A stretch of DNA of 64,000 nt. It comes from Piromyces finnis finn. Its lineage: Eukaryota; Fungi; Neocallimastigomycota. The position numbers were made by a program, and so were the translations under genes. Shown in pieces: positions 38,201-58,283 of the stretch. A model generated the notes under the pieces. That model was not told where the DNA came from and ran no database searches. It was given only the letters and a program-made list of their open reading frames with translations. The stretch lies in NCBI GenBank assembly GCA_002104945.1, contig MCFH01000028.1, forward strand, positions 496,001-560,000, read 5' to 3'. Position 1 is the first letter of the stretch. Each line of letters opens with the position of its first letter.

Positions 38201-41102
38201 CAATTTAATTTAATAATATATGATAAAATTCAAAATAATTTTTCAGTAATAATATATACACTAAAGTTTTTTGAAACGAAAAAAAACCTCCTTATAAAAT
38301 ATTAATGGCTTTTATTCTCAAAAGTGTTGCTGCCAACTAGGCTGATAAAAATATTCTAGATCATTTATTAATTATGAAACAGTTACTTAACATTTTATAT
38401 TTATATATATTTCAATATAAAGGTATTATGTTGATCATTAATCAATATTATATATTATGAATATAAATGCTTTAATATTAAAAATTAATACTATAAAATA
38501 ATAATAGTAATAATGTTTAAATAAAAAAAAATGTTGATAATTATTAAAAATTAATTAATTTAAAAAAATTTTCTCGAATATATATAATTACTTAATATTT
38601 ATTATCTTTTATATATAATAATAAATGGAGTATAATAATAATTTAAAATTTATTGGCATTTATGAATATATATAAATATATTCTATTAATAAAAATAAAT
38701 ATATATAAAAATTACCTAATATATATATATTAAATAAGAAAAATTAATTTTACTAGAACCTATTAAATCATATCAGCATTACATTTTTTTTATTATTGTG
38801 TAATTATTTGTTTTGAATATAAGGAAAATAACCTCTCGAATAATCAACTAAAAAAATGAGTAGAAATTAAGAAAATTTTAATATCTTTTATTTTATTATA
38901 AATATATATAATTTTTTAAAATAACTTATAAATACTTTTATTACCAAATAGTTTTCTGCTTATTTGTTAAATAATATTTTCTTTTTTTTTTTTGATAAAC
39001 TTCGAAATAAAATATATTTTAATATAAAGTTTAATAAATCTTTCAAAAGCCAATAAAAATATTCTATTCAATAGTAAAAAAATAATTAAAATTTCTTAAT
39101 TTGGTGGTTTTTATAATTAATTTAAACATAAAATATATATTGATATATATTTTTAATATATTATTACCAACATATGAAAAAATACAAAAAAATTGATGTA
39201 GGCAGTTAACTTAATTATTAATACTTAATTGTTAGCAAATCAAATAATTACAAAAAAAATAATTAAATTTTCCATTATTATGTTTAATTATTATATATAG
39301 TAAAATGGATAAATGAATAAAATCAATGATTATGCTTAGTGACATAAATAAAGCTTTATAATAGTATTTGAAATAAGAGTATTTATAGAAATGCTAATAG
39401 TTCAAATAATCAAATGTTAATTTAAGCATTTTAATAGTTTAAAAATAATTAAATTATAATTAGTATTATTGAGAAAACTATTTTTATCCCCCAAAAATAA
39501 TTTAAAAATTCTTTTCTTTTGCACAAAACCTAACCAATATATATATGTTAAAATGTAAGAAATATAATTATTTAAATAATAGAAAGTGGATTAATTAAAT
39601 ATGATGAAATATGATAGGTGGTTAGCTTAGTTTAGCTAAATATGATTATTATATTCAATAAATTTAAATAATTTTGATATTTTTATACATTGTTTTTATT
39701 ATTGTATATTGTATCATTAATATTTCTTTAATTGAAATGTGAAATAAGAAAATTTTCACTGCCCATTAAGAGTTTTTATATGTAATTTAATATTAAAAAT
39801 TTTTATACTTTATTTTTTTTTAATAAATATTAATAAATTCAAATTTTTGGATAAAAAAAACTAAATTTATAAAAATTTTGAAGTTTGCTTAATAATAAAT
39901 ATGCTAATATTTATTTAAACCCGTATTTTGCTATTGAAAATGACTATAAACAAAAATATTAAAAATCAATAAAATTTATTATAAGATATTGTTAATAATA
40001 TATGTTCAATATTATCAACAATTTTAATATCTTTTTTTTTCAATTAAAATAATTGAATTGCTATTACTATTTTAGAATTATTTAAAATATTTAGTAGTTT
40101 TAATGTAAAATCTTTTATTTACTTCTTTTCCATGATATTTTTAATGGCCAACAATGAGAAAATTGTAAATAAACATCATATTTATATATTTTTTAAAAAA
40201 TATTATAAATTATTTTATAACATATAAATCCTAACCCATATCAAAGAATAAAAAAAGGCAGTACAACTAAAAATCTTAAAATTATTTTTTAATTATGGAA
40301 ACTATTTTCTTTTAATATATTATTATTGGATTAATATTTAAGGTTAAATGATTTAATATATAGTTGTATATAATATATATAAATCCCCAACCATGGTATA
40401 AATTAATATATTAATCAATTTGTAGAAAAGATAGTTTTATTTTTTATCTGCATTTTACATACTATAGAAATTTTAAATATTAAAAATATTTAGTTATGTA
40501 TCATTATTACAACACTATAAAATTTATACTAAATATATTAGTAGTTTCAGTTCATATAAGATATAAAAAATTTTAACAAAAAAATTAAATAAACAATAAA
40601 TTATACATATTATAAATCAAATGAATATATTATTATTTCCTTTTTAAGCATATAAAGTATATTAAAAAAGGATATAAATTAAAAATAATTTGCACTTTTT
40701 TCTTGTATATAATTTTCAAACTTTTTAAATAAAATATATTTTGTTTTATGTTCTTATTTTAATAGTACAAATTAATAATTTCCTTATATACAAGTAAATT
40801 ATATGAATAAATGTTTTTTTTTTTTTTTTTAAATTAAATAGTATAAAACTTTTTAGATAAACATATTTGATGTCTCATACTCATTTTATTTATTCAAAAT
40901 ATAAAGAACTTTATTTGAATATATTTACATTTAATTAATACTCAAATTTGTATATGAAATTTAAAAACAAATCTATATCATTCATCTGAAACAAAATAAA
41001 AAACAAAAAAGGTGGAAAAAAATTAAAGAAATGAAAGTAAATATATATTTATGTGTTTAAAAAAAAAAAACACTATAGTACAATTCTTTTTTATGTTTTC
41101 TT

Positions 41103-43179
41103 CTAAACACAAGAGAAGTAATATTTTTTATTTGAAGATAATTCATCTCTCTTCTTGAAATGATATTCTTCTAAATCATTAAATAATTCATCTTTATTAT
41201 TATTATCAATATCATCGTCATTAATAACTTCAATTCGGTCATATATATTAATTGATTGCTTGGTTTCGTTAATTTTATTGTTATTGTAATTTTCTTTTTT
41301 AATGATTTCTGGTGTAGTTTTTATGGTATCAGAGTCATTGGCTTGGTAAACTGTCCATCCAATACTAGAAAGAATAGTTAATTCTCTTTTTCCTAAAAGT
41401 TGAGAGTTCTTTTTAAAAAGTTGTTCACCTTTATTTATAAAGGTACACATAATGCCATCTTCTTTACTTCTTGCTACATGAAAAATAGAATCGCATTGAG
41501 TATGTGAACCAGATAAATTATCTAACCATTCATTATAAACAAAAGTTTCAATTGGTATATATTTATTTGTAATATTGGATTTGATTTCATTATTATTTTG
41601 GAAAATGGTAGAATCATCTTCATTAAATATCCATTGTGAACATAAAGCATAATTATAAATGAAAGAGGTACCTTCAAAAATATCCATGTTATCTTCAATT
41701 TTCTTAATGGCTAATGATACATAATTATCAACAATTTTGTCTGACTCATATAAGGCTGATAAATAATTCCATATTGGTATGTTATAATTAGAAGATTTAT
41801 CATATATATTTAGATACTTATCAAAAATAAAAAGTGGAAGGATTTCTTTTATGACTGGTGTATTAAAATGACCATTATAGCCATAATGAAAATATGGAAG
41901 GAGATATGGATGTTCTTTTTGAGATGATACAACATTAAAAATATAATTGAAATCTTTTTTAAAGGATTGACTTAAGCTACTAATAATGCCCATTCCATGT
42001 AAAATTTCGTGAGCCATGACATGTTGGAAATCAACTTGTTCTTGTTCAATTTCTGTTTCGTCCGACTGTTATTATTAATATTTTGATAATATCATTTATA
42101 AAATTAATTCATATGTATCATTTAAAATATTCATATTCATTATTAATTGTTTATAAAAGTTTTAGTAATTAATAATAATAAGTTTGATTTTAATAAAGTT
42201 ATAATTATTTAGTAGTAATATTGTTATTAATATTTAAAATAAAAACAAAAATATAAAAAGGGTTATATAATGCATTATTATATTTATAAATTATATAAAT
42301 AATATTTATAATTTATTAAATTTAAAAAATATATAAAAAATCAAAATATTAATAAAAATTATATTTAATGCATAGTAATATAAATGTACAAATATCATTA
42401 CATACCCAATACCAATAATTAATATCTGTATTTATTGTTAGTTGAATGTCAAAGGGTGTGTATTCAATTTCACCATCTATATTCAATTGTTTAACTAAAG
42501 ATTGTGGATATAAATAGGGAGTTTCGTTAATATCGCTTCTAAGTGAATAAAAAGCAGTTGGTGTAGTAATAGCTTCAGTTTTAACTGCTCCACAGTCTTT
42601 ATTCATTGTCTTACAAAATGAGAGTGATTTTACTAATATATTAATTGGTTTTTTAATTTCTATTTGTAATTCCAAACTTTTTCCAACATTATTTAAATTT
42701 GTTTTAATTTTCTCACATTTTTCAATTGTGGAATCAATACAGAAGATTTGGAAATTAAATAAATTTATATCTTTTTTTTGAGAAGATTCTATATTTTCAT
42801 TAGATAATGAAATAACATTTGATAAATTATTAATGTCGGTAGCTTTATCAAATTCATCGTGCTTTGAATTCATTTTTTTATGATACCTATCATTTTTTTC
42901 ATTATAATTAAGAATTTTAATATAATCTCTAGTTTTTTGAGTTATATTTTCATCAATGGCATCATCATCATTATCCTCACTATTTTTAAGTTCTAAATAA
43001 TCGACACTTTTAACTCGATGTTTATACACATCAATATTATATCTTTGAACAATTTTTCCAACTTTATTGTTAATATTTGATGAAAAATTTAAGGGCTTTC
43101 CAATAACATTTGTAATCAAAGATAAACTACTAATAATAAACAACAAATATGACAGATTTAGTTTGTTAATATTTTTCAT
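41103..43179 (-). CDS. Secreted zincin-like metallopeptidase, exons 43179-42406 and 42065-41103
   Basis: Signal-peptide-like N-terminus; YPQSLVKQL; splicing gives NYWYW|SDETEIEQEQVDFQHVMAHEILHGMG (HExxH); GT-AG intron in frame. Confidence 0.8.
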
Positions 43180-43974
43180 TTTTCTACTTTTTTTTTTTTT
43201 ATAATTGTGCTATTAATATTTGTAGTTTCAATTTCAATTTGAATAGTAAAAATTATGTAAATTTTTTATAATTTAAAAACTTTTTAAAGTTTTTTTTTTT
43301 TTTTTAAATTTAAAATTTTTATTTTGTATAATATATTAAAAAATATATTATGAATTTATAGTAAAGTGGTTGTTATATTTTAAAATTATGTATTCAATTA
43401 ATTCTTATGGAGTATTCATAATTATAGAAATAATTATTTTAAAGTGTTAATATAAATGTGAAGTTTAAACAATGTTTCTTATATTTCCATATAATGTATT
43501 GACTTTAGTAATTTTTAATATTATTAAATATTATTCTTTAATATTTTTAATATTTAGTATACTTATATTAAAAAGAAACTATAGCTTGAAAATATTTACA
43601 ATCAAACTATTATATACAATATTTTTATTTTTATTCAAATTAAAGTATATATTTTACTCTTTACAAGATATACATATTTATTATTTTATTTGTGTAACTC
43701 ATTTTTTTGTAACAATAAGTAATAATGGGAAATGAATAAATTATAAATAATTCACATACATATTTTAAATAAAAAGTAATTCCAATTTATTTATTTAATA
43801 TCTAAATACTAATATTTTGTTTAAATATTTTTTTATTTATTACTATGTAATTTATATCAATATAAGACAGTCTTAAGAGAAAACTATTCTAAAATTAATT
43901 GACAAATATGTGAATTAAATTTTTGAATAGTTTTACAATAGTTTAAATCATTAAATCTAAATTTTATTTAAATA

Positions 43975-44028
<54 letters not shown>

Positions 44029-44407
44029 GAAATAAAAAAACATAGTGTAAGATTTTTTTTTTTATTGCAATATTTTGAAGAAGAAATTAAAAAAAAAAAA
44101 AAAAAGTATTAATAATACCATTAATATAATATAATATAATATACTATTTAATTCTAAAAGAAAAATATTAGATTTATTAAGTTATTAAGTTATAACATTA
44201 TTATCAACTCAAAGCAATAATGATAATATTAAAATATCAGGATTACAATAAAAAATTTAAATAATAATAATAAAAAAAACATTAAAATATGTAAATAACT
44301 GGATTTATCAATAATTACTATTATTGTTTAATATTAATTTATCAAACAAACAATATCATATTAAATAATTTTTATATATTTATTCTGTATTAGAAATATA
44401 TCTTAAA

Positions 44408-45701
44408 ATGAAAGGGAAATTGAGAAAAGTATATAATGATTTCCTTTTTTATGGGACTAATAAAGCTACAAAATTTGGTTGTTGCATGTTAAAGAATTGT
44501 TATTTATTTCCAAATAGATTGGAACGGTTAATTTTAAATAGACCAAAAGATGTACCTCTTATTACCTATTGTAATCATTTGACGGTTATTGATGATCCTG
44601 TTATATGGGGTGGAATTAATAAAAAATGTATAAATCCAGAGACATTTCGTCATACTGTAGGCGCTAAAGAACTTTGTTCAGGAAAAGGATTTTTAAATGA
44701 TTTTTTTAATGCAGCTAAGGTTTTTTTTTTTTTTTTTTAAATTGATTAGCATTAGCATATATAAATGTTACATATAATTATCATTAATTAATATAATATA
44801 ATAAATTTCTATTTTCATTTAAGTTATATATTATTATACTGAAAATTTTTAATTATCTGTTTTATTATTTTCTATATAAATATAAATTAATATAAATTAA
44901 ATATACTAAAAAAAAAAAAAGATTATAACAGTAATTCGTGGTAATGGTGTTTATCAAAAGGATCTCGATAAAGCAGTAGAGGTTGTGAACAGTGGTGAAT
45001 GGCTTCATATTTTCCCTGAAGGAAAAATTCACCCAAATAAAAATAGTCGTATTAACGATTTTAAATGGGGTATTGGTAGATTTATTATGGAATCAAAGAA
45101 ATGTCCAATCGTTGTTCCTATTTATATTCATGATTTAGATAAGGTTATATTTGTGAATAAACCTTTCATTAATTTAAAAGAAAAGTTTGTTATATCTTAT
45201 GGTAATCCAGTTAATATTGAACCACTTTTTAATAAATGGAATAAAATTAGAAATAATACAAAAAAATTAGCAAAGGCAAATATACATTTTAAATCTACTA
45301 AAGAGGCTGATTCCTTTTTAAATAGTGATTTTTCATTGGATATAAATTCAGAAAGTAACTTTCAAAATAGTTCGAGTTCTATGTTAACCCAACATATTTG
45401 GGAAAGATTATCACGATCTAAAAATAAAGCTTTTTCTATTGTCCCTACTGTTTTTAAACCATTAAATTATTTAAACCCATTAAAATATAGCGAAGATGAC
45501 CAAGAACATTTTATGATTAACGGAATTCAAGTAATTCGTTCCCAATTTACTAATATCTTAAAAGAAGGTCTTATAACCTTAAAAAAAGAAACTCAAGATT
45601 GGATTTCCAATAAACAACAACAATTATCATCAAACTTTAAAAATCCATCTGATTTTCAAAAACGGTTTAGAATAAATATTTATTATGATAATGAATCGTA
45701 A
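44408..45701 (+). CDS. TAZ1: Tafazzin (phospholipid-lysophospholipid transacylase), exons 44408-44719 and 44922-45701
   Basis: LITYCNHLTVIDDP (HxxxxD), RGNGVYQ, WLHIFPEGK, FKWGIGR, PIVVP. Confidence 0.9.
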
Positions 45702-47200
45702 TAATCAAGGTTAAATAACTTTATTTTCTTTTATAATATACAATCGTTCTTGTATACTACTAGCATTAATTTAAAATATCAATTTCATTATTAAATATGA
45801 AAAAATAATAGAACATATATGAAATATAAATATATATATATAAATGCTTATTAGAGTTTTTTTGAATGAAATTATACCAAAATATTATTAAAATTTCTTT
45901 AATTATTTAATACACCTTATTTATCAAAAATTTAAATTCATAAAAAAGTTTTGCTTATAAATACAGAAAATGAAAAATTAAAATGAAATAGAAAGTAAAT
46001 TAAAATAAAAAAATAGATATTTAAAAATATCTCATCATAATTCATTTAATTTGCATTTATTATTTGTGATATCAAAATTTGTAAAACATTTATATATAAA
46101 TTATTTATAATATTTTAAGAAAAATAATAAGGAAAAATGTATAATCCTTTTATTAGAATAAACCAATCACACACTTACTTAATATATTAATAAATGAAGA
46201 ATATATAATATTAATTTAAATGTTGAAAGTAGTTAAACAAAATGTATACATAAAATACTTTTAAAAATGTATAAATGCATTTTTATAAATTTAAGAGCAA
46301 TTATATTTATTATATTTATTAATATATATTGTTTAATTAAACTATTTAATTGGAAAAGATTAAGCAAAAAAAAAAAAAAAAAAAAAGTACAATTAAAATT
46401 AAAATTGTAATAATATATATTTTTTAAGTTAACCTTTTATTTTAAGTAAATAAATTTAAATTTCGAATTTAAAAAGAAATCCTTCTTTCAAAAATTTAAT
46501 TAAATTTTATTTATTTATTTTTTTCTTTTCATTTCTTTTCAATTTTTAATAATAATTATTAAAATTTTAATTAATATAAATAATTAATTGAATCATTAAT
46601 AAGAAGAAGTGGAAGAAAAAAGAATTAAAAGTCAAATTAATATTGTATAATAATTTAATTCATTTTACCAAAATTAAAAATTTTCATTATTATCAAAGTA
46701 AGTATATTAGAAGATTTACAAATAATATAAAATATACAATTTGCATATAAACTTTTTTTTTATATGTTAATCGTTGAAAAATGAAATTTCAAAAATTAGT
46801 ATATAAAGTGAGTAAAGTGTAAAAATAAGAGGATTTAGTTGTACAATTACTATAATATTCACCGGCCGATACTATGAAACATTAGACCTTCTAAAATATA
46901 TAAATAATTATATTTTAAATCATGAATAATAATCAAAATTGCAAATACTAATTTTTTCATATATTGATATTTATCATAATTCAATATTTATCTATTTATT
47001 GTTATGTTATTACTTTTTTTTTTTTTTTTATATAATCTTAATATATTATAAACTAATTTATTCTTATTTATTAAAATGTATATATAATGCATATTTAATT
47101 CATTTTTAATATTTAATATTTTATTAAATGTGTACATTTTATATTTTCAATTATATAAATCATTAATATATTTTTTTAGTAGAATATACAAGTAGTTAAT

Positions 47201-50200
47201 ATGGCTCCAAAGGATAATGTTCAAGAAGAAGAACCACTTCAAGCTGTTATTATTACAGATAGTTTTAACAATCGTTATAAGCCTTTAACTTTAGATAAGC
47301 CAAGAGTAAATTTCATTTAAATAATTTTAAATTTAATATATATAGTATATTTAAATATTTAAAAACAAACAAAACAAAACAAAACATAAAAAACAAAACA
47401 AACAAACAAAAAAAAATAATATATTTTTATTAAGATTTATATTATAAATATAAATTAATCAGAAAAAATTAATATTAATGAATATAAATAAATACAAATA
47501 ATTATAAAAAGTAAAAGAAAGACATTTTAATAATTTTTAATATTTTTTTAATATTTTTTTTTATATAAACTTTCAGTGTTTATTACCACTTGGTAACATG
47601 CCAATGATTGATTATACTCTTGAATTTTTAGCTGTTTCACAAGTTCAAGAAATTTTTATTTTAAGTTGTTATCAATCTGAAAAAGTTAGAGATTATATAC
47701 AGTAAATATAAAAAAAAGAAAAAGAAAAAGAAAATTAATGAAATAATGAATATTTATTTAATAGCATTCTTATTTTAATTTTTGCTAATTAAAAATATAA
47801 ACGAAATAAAAATTTATTTGAATTTTATAATTACATTTTAGAAATTCACACTGGGTTAAGACTTCCTTACCACCAAAGATTCACACTATTGCTATGCAAG
47901 AATGTTATAGTGTTGGTGATGCTATTCGTGAACTTGATGCTAAACAACTTTTAAGAGGTGATTTTATATTAGTTAGTGGTGATGTTATTTCTAATATCAA
48001 TCTTGATGCTATCTTAGAAGAACACAAGTAAATAGCAATTTATATATAATAATGAATATAAATTATAAATTGTAAATAAAATATATATTAAAAAATAACT
48101 ATAATAATAATTACAACAACAATAATAAAGGAAGCGTCGTGAAACTGATAAGAATTGTATTATGACTATGGTATTAAAACAAGCTAGCCCAAAACATAGA
48201 TTAAGGTAATATGAATTTCATTTATCCTTTTTTTAATTATTAGTTGTTTTATAATATTTATAAAGATATTCATATTTATATTTATTGTAAATTTATATTA
48301 TTATAAAATAGAGCTCAAGGTGAAGAAGCTTTATATATTTTGGATTCAAAAACTAACCAATGTGTTCATTGTGAACCTTTAGAACTTTACCCACAAAAAA
48401 ATAAATTTAAGGTTGATATTGAAGCTTTTGAAAGTCATCCAAGAGTTCAAATCAGAAATGATTTAGTAGATTGTCAAATTGATATATGTACTTTAGAAGT
48501 TCCAGCTTTATTCACTGAAAATTTTGATTACCAAGATATAAGAAAAGATTTTGTTCGTGGTATTCTTCAATCAGATATTCTTGGTAAAACCATTTATTGT
48601 CATGTTTTATCCAACCAATATGCTGCTAGAGCAAAGTCTACTAAGATGTATGATGCTATTTCGTAAGTAAACTCCCATTTTATTTATTTAAAATTAAACT
48701 TAATTGTTTATTATAAATAAGATGATAATATTCAAGTTGAATATAAAAATAAAATCAATAGTAAGAAAATTATACCAAAATTTCAAAATTTATTTATTAC
48801 AACATAATAATTTTATATTTTTATTTAATAATTTTAAATTAAAAAAAAATAGTAAAGATGTTATTTCAAGATGGACTTTCCCACTTACTCCAGATAGTAA
48901 CATTCAACAAGGTGATAACTACAGACACAGTAGAAATCAAATTTACAAGGATCAAACCGTTATTTTAGCAAGGTAAATTAATAATTAATTAATAATTTAT
49001 ATAATAAATTTTTAATTTTAATATCTAATAATAATTTATATTATTAATTTTAATTTAAAAGATCAGCTAAACTTATCGAAAAGGTTATTGTTGGTGCTAA
49101 TACTGAAATTGGTGAAAATTCAAGAATCTCTAATTCTACTATTGGCCATAACTGTAAAATCGGTGATAATGTTGTTATTGAAAATTCATACATTTGGGAT
49201 GATGTTGTTATTGAATCAAATTGTAATATATATAAGTCATTCGTTGCTAATGGTGCTCATATCTGGGAAAATGTTGACGTTAAGAAAGGAAGCATGATTT
49301 CATATAATGTTGAAGTTGGTCCAGATACAGTCATTGATGAATTTACTAAATTAACTCTTCATCAAGAAGATGAAGATGGAAATGAATACAAAAAAATGGG
49401 TATATTTCAAAATATAATATTTATACATATTTATATTATTTAATTATATTATATCATTTTTTTATTATTTTATTAATATATATTTTTAATGTTTAAATAT
49501 ATATGAATTGAAATTATTATATTAGAACTTGGTGAAAAATGTAACGCTTATTTATATGAAGACAAGAATACTGAAGAAGATGATGACGACTTTGATAAGA
49601 ATGAAAACTTAACTATTAAAATGTCATATTTAGGTAGAGAGAACATTGTTCAAGAATTTAATGATCTCGATGATTCTGATATTTCATCTTCTGATTCAGA
49701 AGCCGAATTCTTAGATGATGAAGCTATTCAACAAAGTAATTTTTTTTTTTTTTTTTGTATTTATATAAATATTTAAGTTTTTTTCTATTATAAACATATA
49801 CCATATTTATTATTATATATAAACCAAAATAAATTAATTTTTTAATATTAATGTAATATATATCGAACATTAAATGTTTATAACTTTATATATATAAATA
49901 GAGAACAACAGAGAAATTATTGCTACTTTAGAAAGAGCCTTTGCTGAAAACCATGCTATCGAAAATGCTGCTTTAGAATTAAATACCTTAAAGATGGCTT
50001 GTAATATTCAATTTAGAGATCTTCGTGTTTTAGCTATTCCTGCTGTTTTAAGTCGTATTGATGCTGATCATCCAGCTCAAAGTGTAATATATAATAGTAT
50101 CATTTAATATTATTTTTTTTTTTATTAAAATATTATTATTAAAATTTAATTTTAATTTATATATAATAGATAATAGAAAGATGGGGTCCATTAATCGCAA

Positions 50201-50313
50201 AGTTTATTCATTCTGATGAAGATCAAATTGATGCTATTTACTCTATTCAAGTACTTATTTTTTTCTTTTTAATTAATATATTAATTTATTAATTAAATAA
50301 AAAGGCTTATTAA

Positions 50314-50360
<47 letters not shown>

Positions 50361-50750
50361 CTTTTAAAAAATAATAATAGAAATTCTGTGCCAAGAGTGA
50401 ATATCATTCAAAGATGCTTGCTGTTATATTAAAAATATTCTATGATATTGATGTTATTGATGAAGATGTTATTCTTTACTGGTTTGAAAAATCAGCTTCT
50501 GATGAATCATTGACAGAAAAAGAAAAAGCATTAAGATCTACTGTAAATATTTTTATTTTAATATTTTATTTATTGTTATTTCATTAATTATAATTATAAT
50601 TATTTGAACTATTTTTAGGCATTACCATTAATTCAATGGCTTCAATCTGCTGAAGAAGAATCAGATGAAGACGATGATGATGAAGATGATGACGAAGAAG
50701 AATCTGATGATGATGATGATGATGATGATGAAGAATCAGATTCTGATTAA
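47201..50750 (+). CDS. GCD6: Translation initiation factor eIF2B epsilon subunit, multi-exon
   Basis: LQAVIITDSF...PLTLDKPR|CLLPLGN; RNDLVDCQIDICTLEV; hexapeptide beta-helix (VIVGANTEIGENSRISNSTIGHNCKIG); C-terminal W2 domain (FIQWLQSAEEESDE). Confidence 0.95.
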
Positions 50751-51129
50751 TAAATTTAAAGAATATTTTTTATTATTCAAAAAAAAAAAAAAAAAAAAAA
50801 AAATCTGACAATATATTAGATATAAAGTTTTATTTATTTATTACTTTTTTTTTTCTTTATTGATTTTTTATATAAAATGTTTAATACATATTTAATAATT
50901 AATTAATATTAAAAAATCAATACATTAACATCTAATTAAAAACCAATAAAACAATAAATTATATTGCAAATAATTAATAATAAAAAAAAAAATATAAATA
51001 TTTTATAATTTTAAAATTTGAAATTTTTATACAATAATTTTTATTTTAATGTTTTATATGCTATATTTTTATTTATATTTAACCATGTGCTTTTATTAAT
51101 TTTTATTAAATACTAAACAATAAATGCTT

Positions 51130-56283
<5,154 letters not shown>

Positions 56284-56537
56284 ATTTACACCCTTCTAAT
56301 AGTTTTCACAGTAGTAAAATAATATATATTTATATTTTGTTCAAAGTTTAATTTATTATCCAATCAAGTTTTCATATCAAATAATTAATAATTAATTTAT
56401 TTTATTTATAAATAATTATTAAAGATTAATTTTATATAGTAATACATACATAATATAACTGTACTTTTAAGCTATTATAAAATATTGTTCATAAAAAATT
56501 AATAATAGATTATTTTTTTATTTATAATTTATTAATA

Positions 56538-58055
56538 ATGTGGTATTTAAAAAAGTATAATCCATTACTTGCAGGAAGTATTGATGGAACAGACACACGT
56601 CCCCATGATCATGGAATTGTAAGAGCTCTAAATTCTTATTGTTCGTTTTTAATTAAATATATAAAAGAATAACTGTTATTAAAATTATTCAGTAAAAAAA
56701 TAAGAAATATATATATATTAATATTAATTTAATCTTCATATTTATAGATAAACTTAAAAAGCCAATAATAGCAAAGTTAACCTCAAATTCTTTAAAAACA
56801 TTATTTGTTGGACGATTAAAAGATAATATAAATGAGAGTAAAAAGCATAATTTTATATATAATATAATATCTTAATAGCATTATAATGATATTATAATAT
56901 ATAAATGTATTAATGGTATATTGATATTATTATTATATTATTATTACTATTATTTTTTACAGGAGATATCGAAAAAGTATTTTCAAAATATGGAAAAATC
57001 AAAAGTATTCGAATAGTTGTTGATATAGGTATTTTAATTTATTCAATTTTTTTCTCATTTAACAAATAATTAAAGTATAATAAGATTGTTAATAATTTGT
57101 TATTATATAAATAATAGTAACAGGAATATCAAAAGGATATGGATTTGTTGAATTTGAATCAGAAAAAGATTGTAAAAGAGCATATAATGTACGCTTCAAA
57201 TATATAAATATTGATTATTAGCTATTTCAAGAATATTAATAATAAATTCGTATATTATCATTTTTATTATAATAGAATGGTGATAATATATTAATAGATG
57301 GTTACAAAGTATTAATAGATTATGAACGTTCTCGTATAATGGAAGAATGGATACCTCGTCGATTTGGTGGTGGATTTGGAGGGAAAAAAGAATCCGGGCA
57401 ATTAAGATTTGGATCAATTGATAGGCCGTTCAAAGAACCAATGTAAAATATATGAGTATATATATCTTATTTTTAATAAAAAGAAAATAAATATTTATAA
57501 TAATTATTAACAATCTATTAAAAATAATATTAAAAAAAAATAAGAAATATTGGTGAAAATCAAAAAATGCCAGAAATCTCAAGAAATCAAAAATATAGCG
57601 ATTGTTGGAGAGATTATATATATGATATGGAAAAAGAGATAAAATCAGATAAAGGTCATAAAAAAAACAAAAATGAAAAACAAATAAAAGATAAAATCTA
57701 TCATGAAAAAATGCATAAGAGTGATTCCATAAAAGATAATCACAAACATCATAATAATAAATACTTATTAAATGATAAAAGAGATGAAGATAAATATCGA
57801 CATTCAGAAAAAGGTAAAAGGTGCAGAGAAAACAAATATAAGGATAATAGTATTATAAAAAAAATAAAAATTGAAGATAAAATGTTAGAAAGTAAGTCAA
57901 AAACAAATACTAAAAGTCATAGATATGAAGAATCAACAAGAAGAAGAAGTAGAAGTAGAAATAGAAGTAAAAGTAAAAGTAGAAATGGACATTATCATTC
58001 TCATTCTCATTCTCACCATTATCATCATAATTCTTATGACAAACATCATAAATAA
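56538..58055 (+). CDS. SNRNP35: U11/U12 snRNP 35 kDa protein (minor spliceosome), 6 exons
   Basis: [24 protein letters not shown] (diagnostic [13 protein letters not shown]); RRM TLFVGRL...SKGYGFVEF; [26 protein letters not shown]; RS-rich C-terminus. Confidence 0.95.
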
Positions 58056-58283
58056 ATACAGTGCACTTAAATATATAAATTATTATTATTTATATATTTA
58101 GTTTTTTATTTATTTTATATAATTAACATTAATAAATTCTATATTAAAACTAAATAAGAATTAAAAATATAAAAATTATTTCAATATTCATCTATATGTT
58201 ACATATGTTACTCTAAAATTATAACATGAAATTCAATTTTTATAAATATATATATATTGGAACAAAAATTAATAAATAGCATT

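Noticed and set aside
38820-38832. TAAGGAAAATAAC, identical to part of the U12 snRNA branch-point recognition region
   Set aside because: No upstream CCTT to form stem I, no downstream GC-rich stems or Sm site; a 13-nt AT-rich match is plausible by chance.
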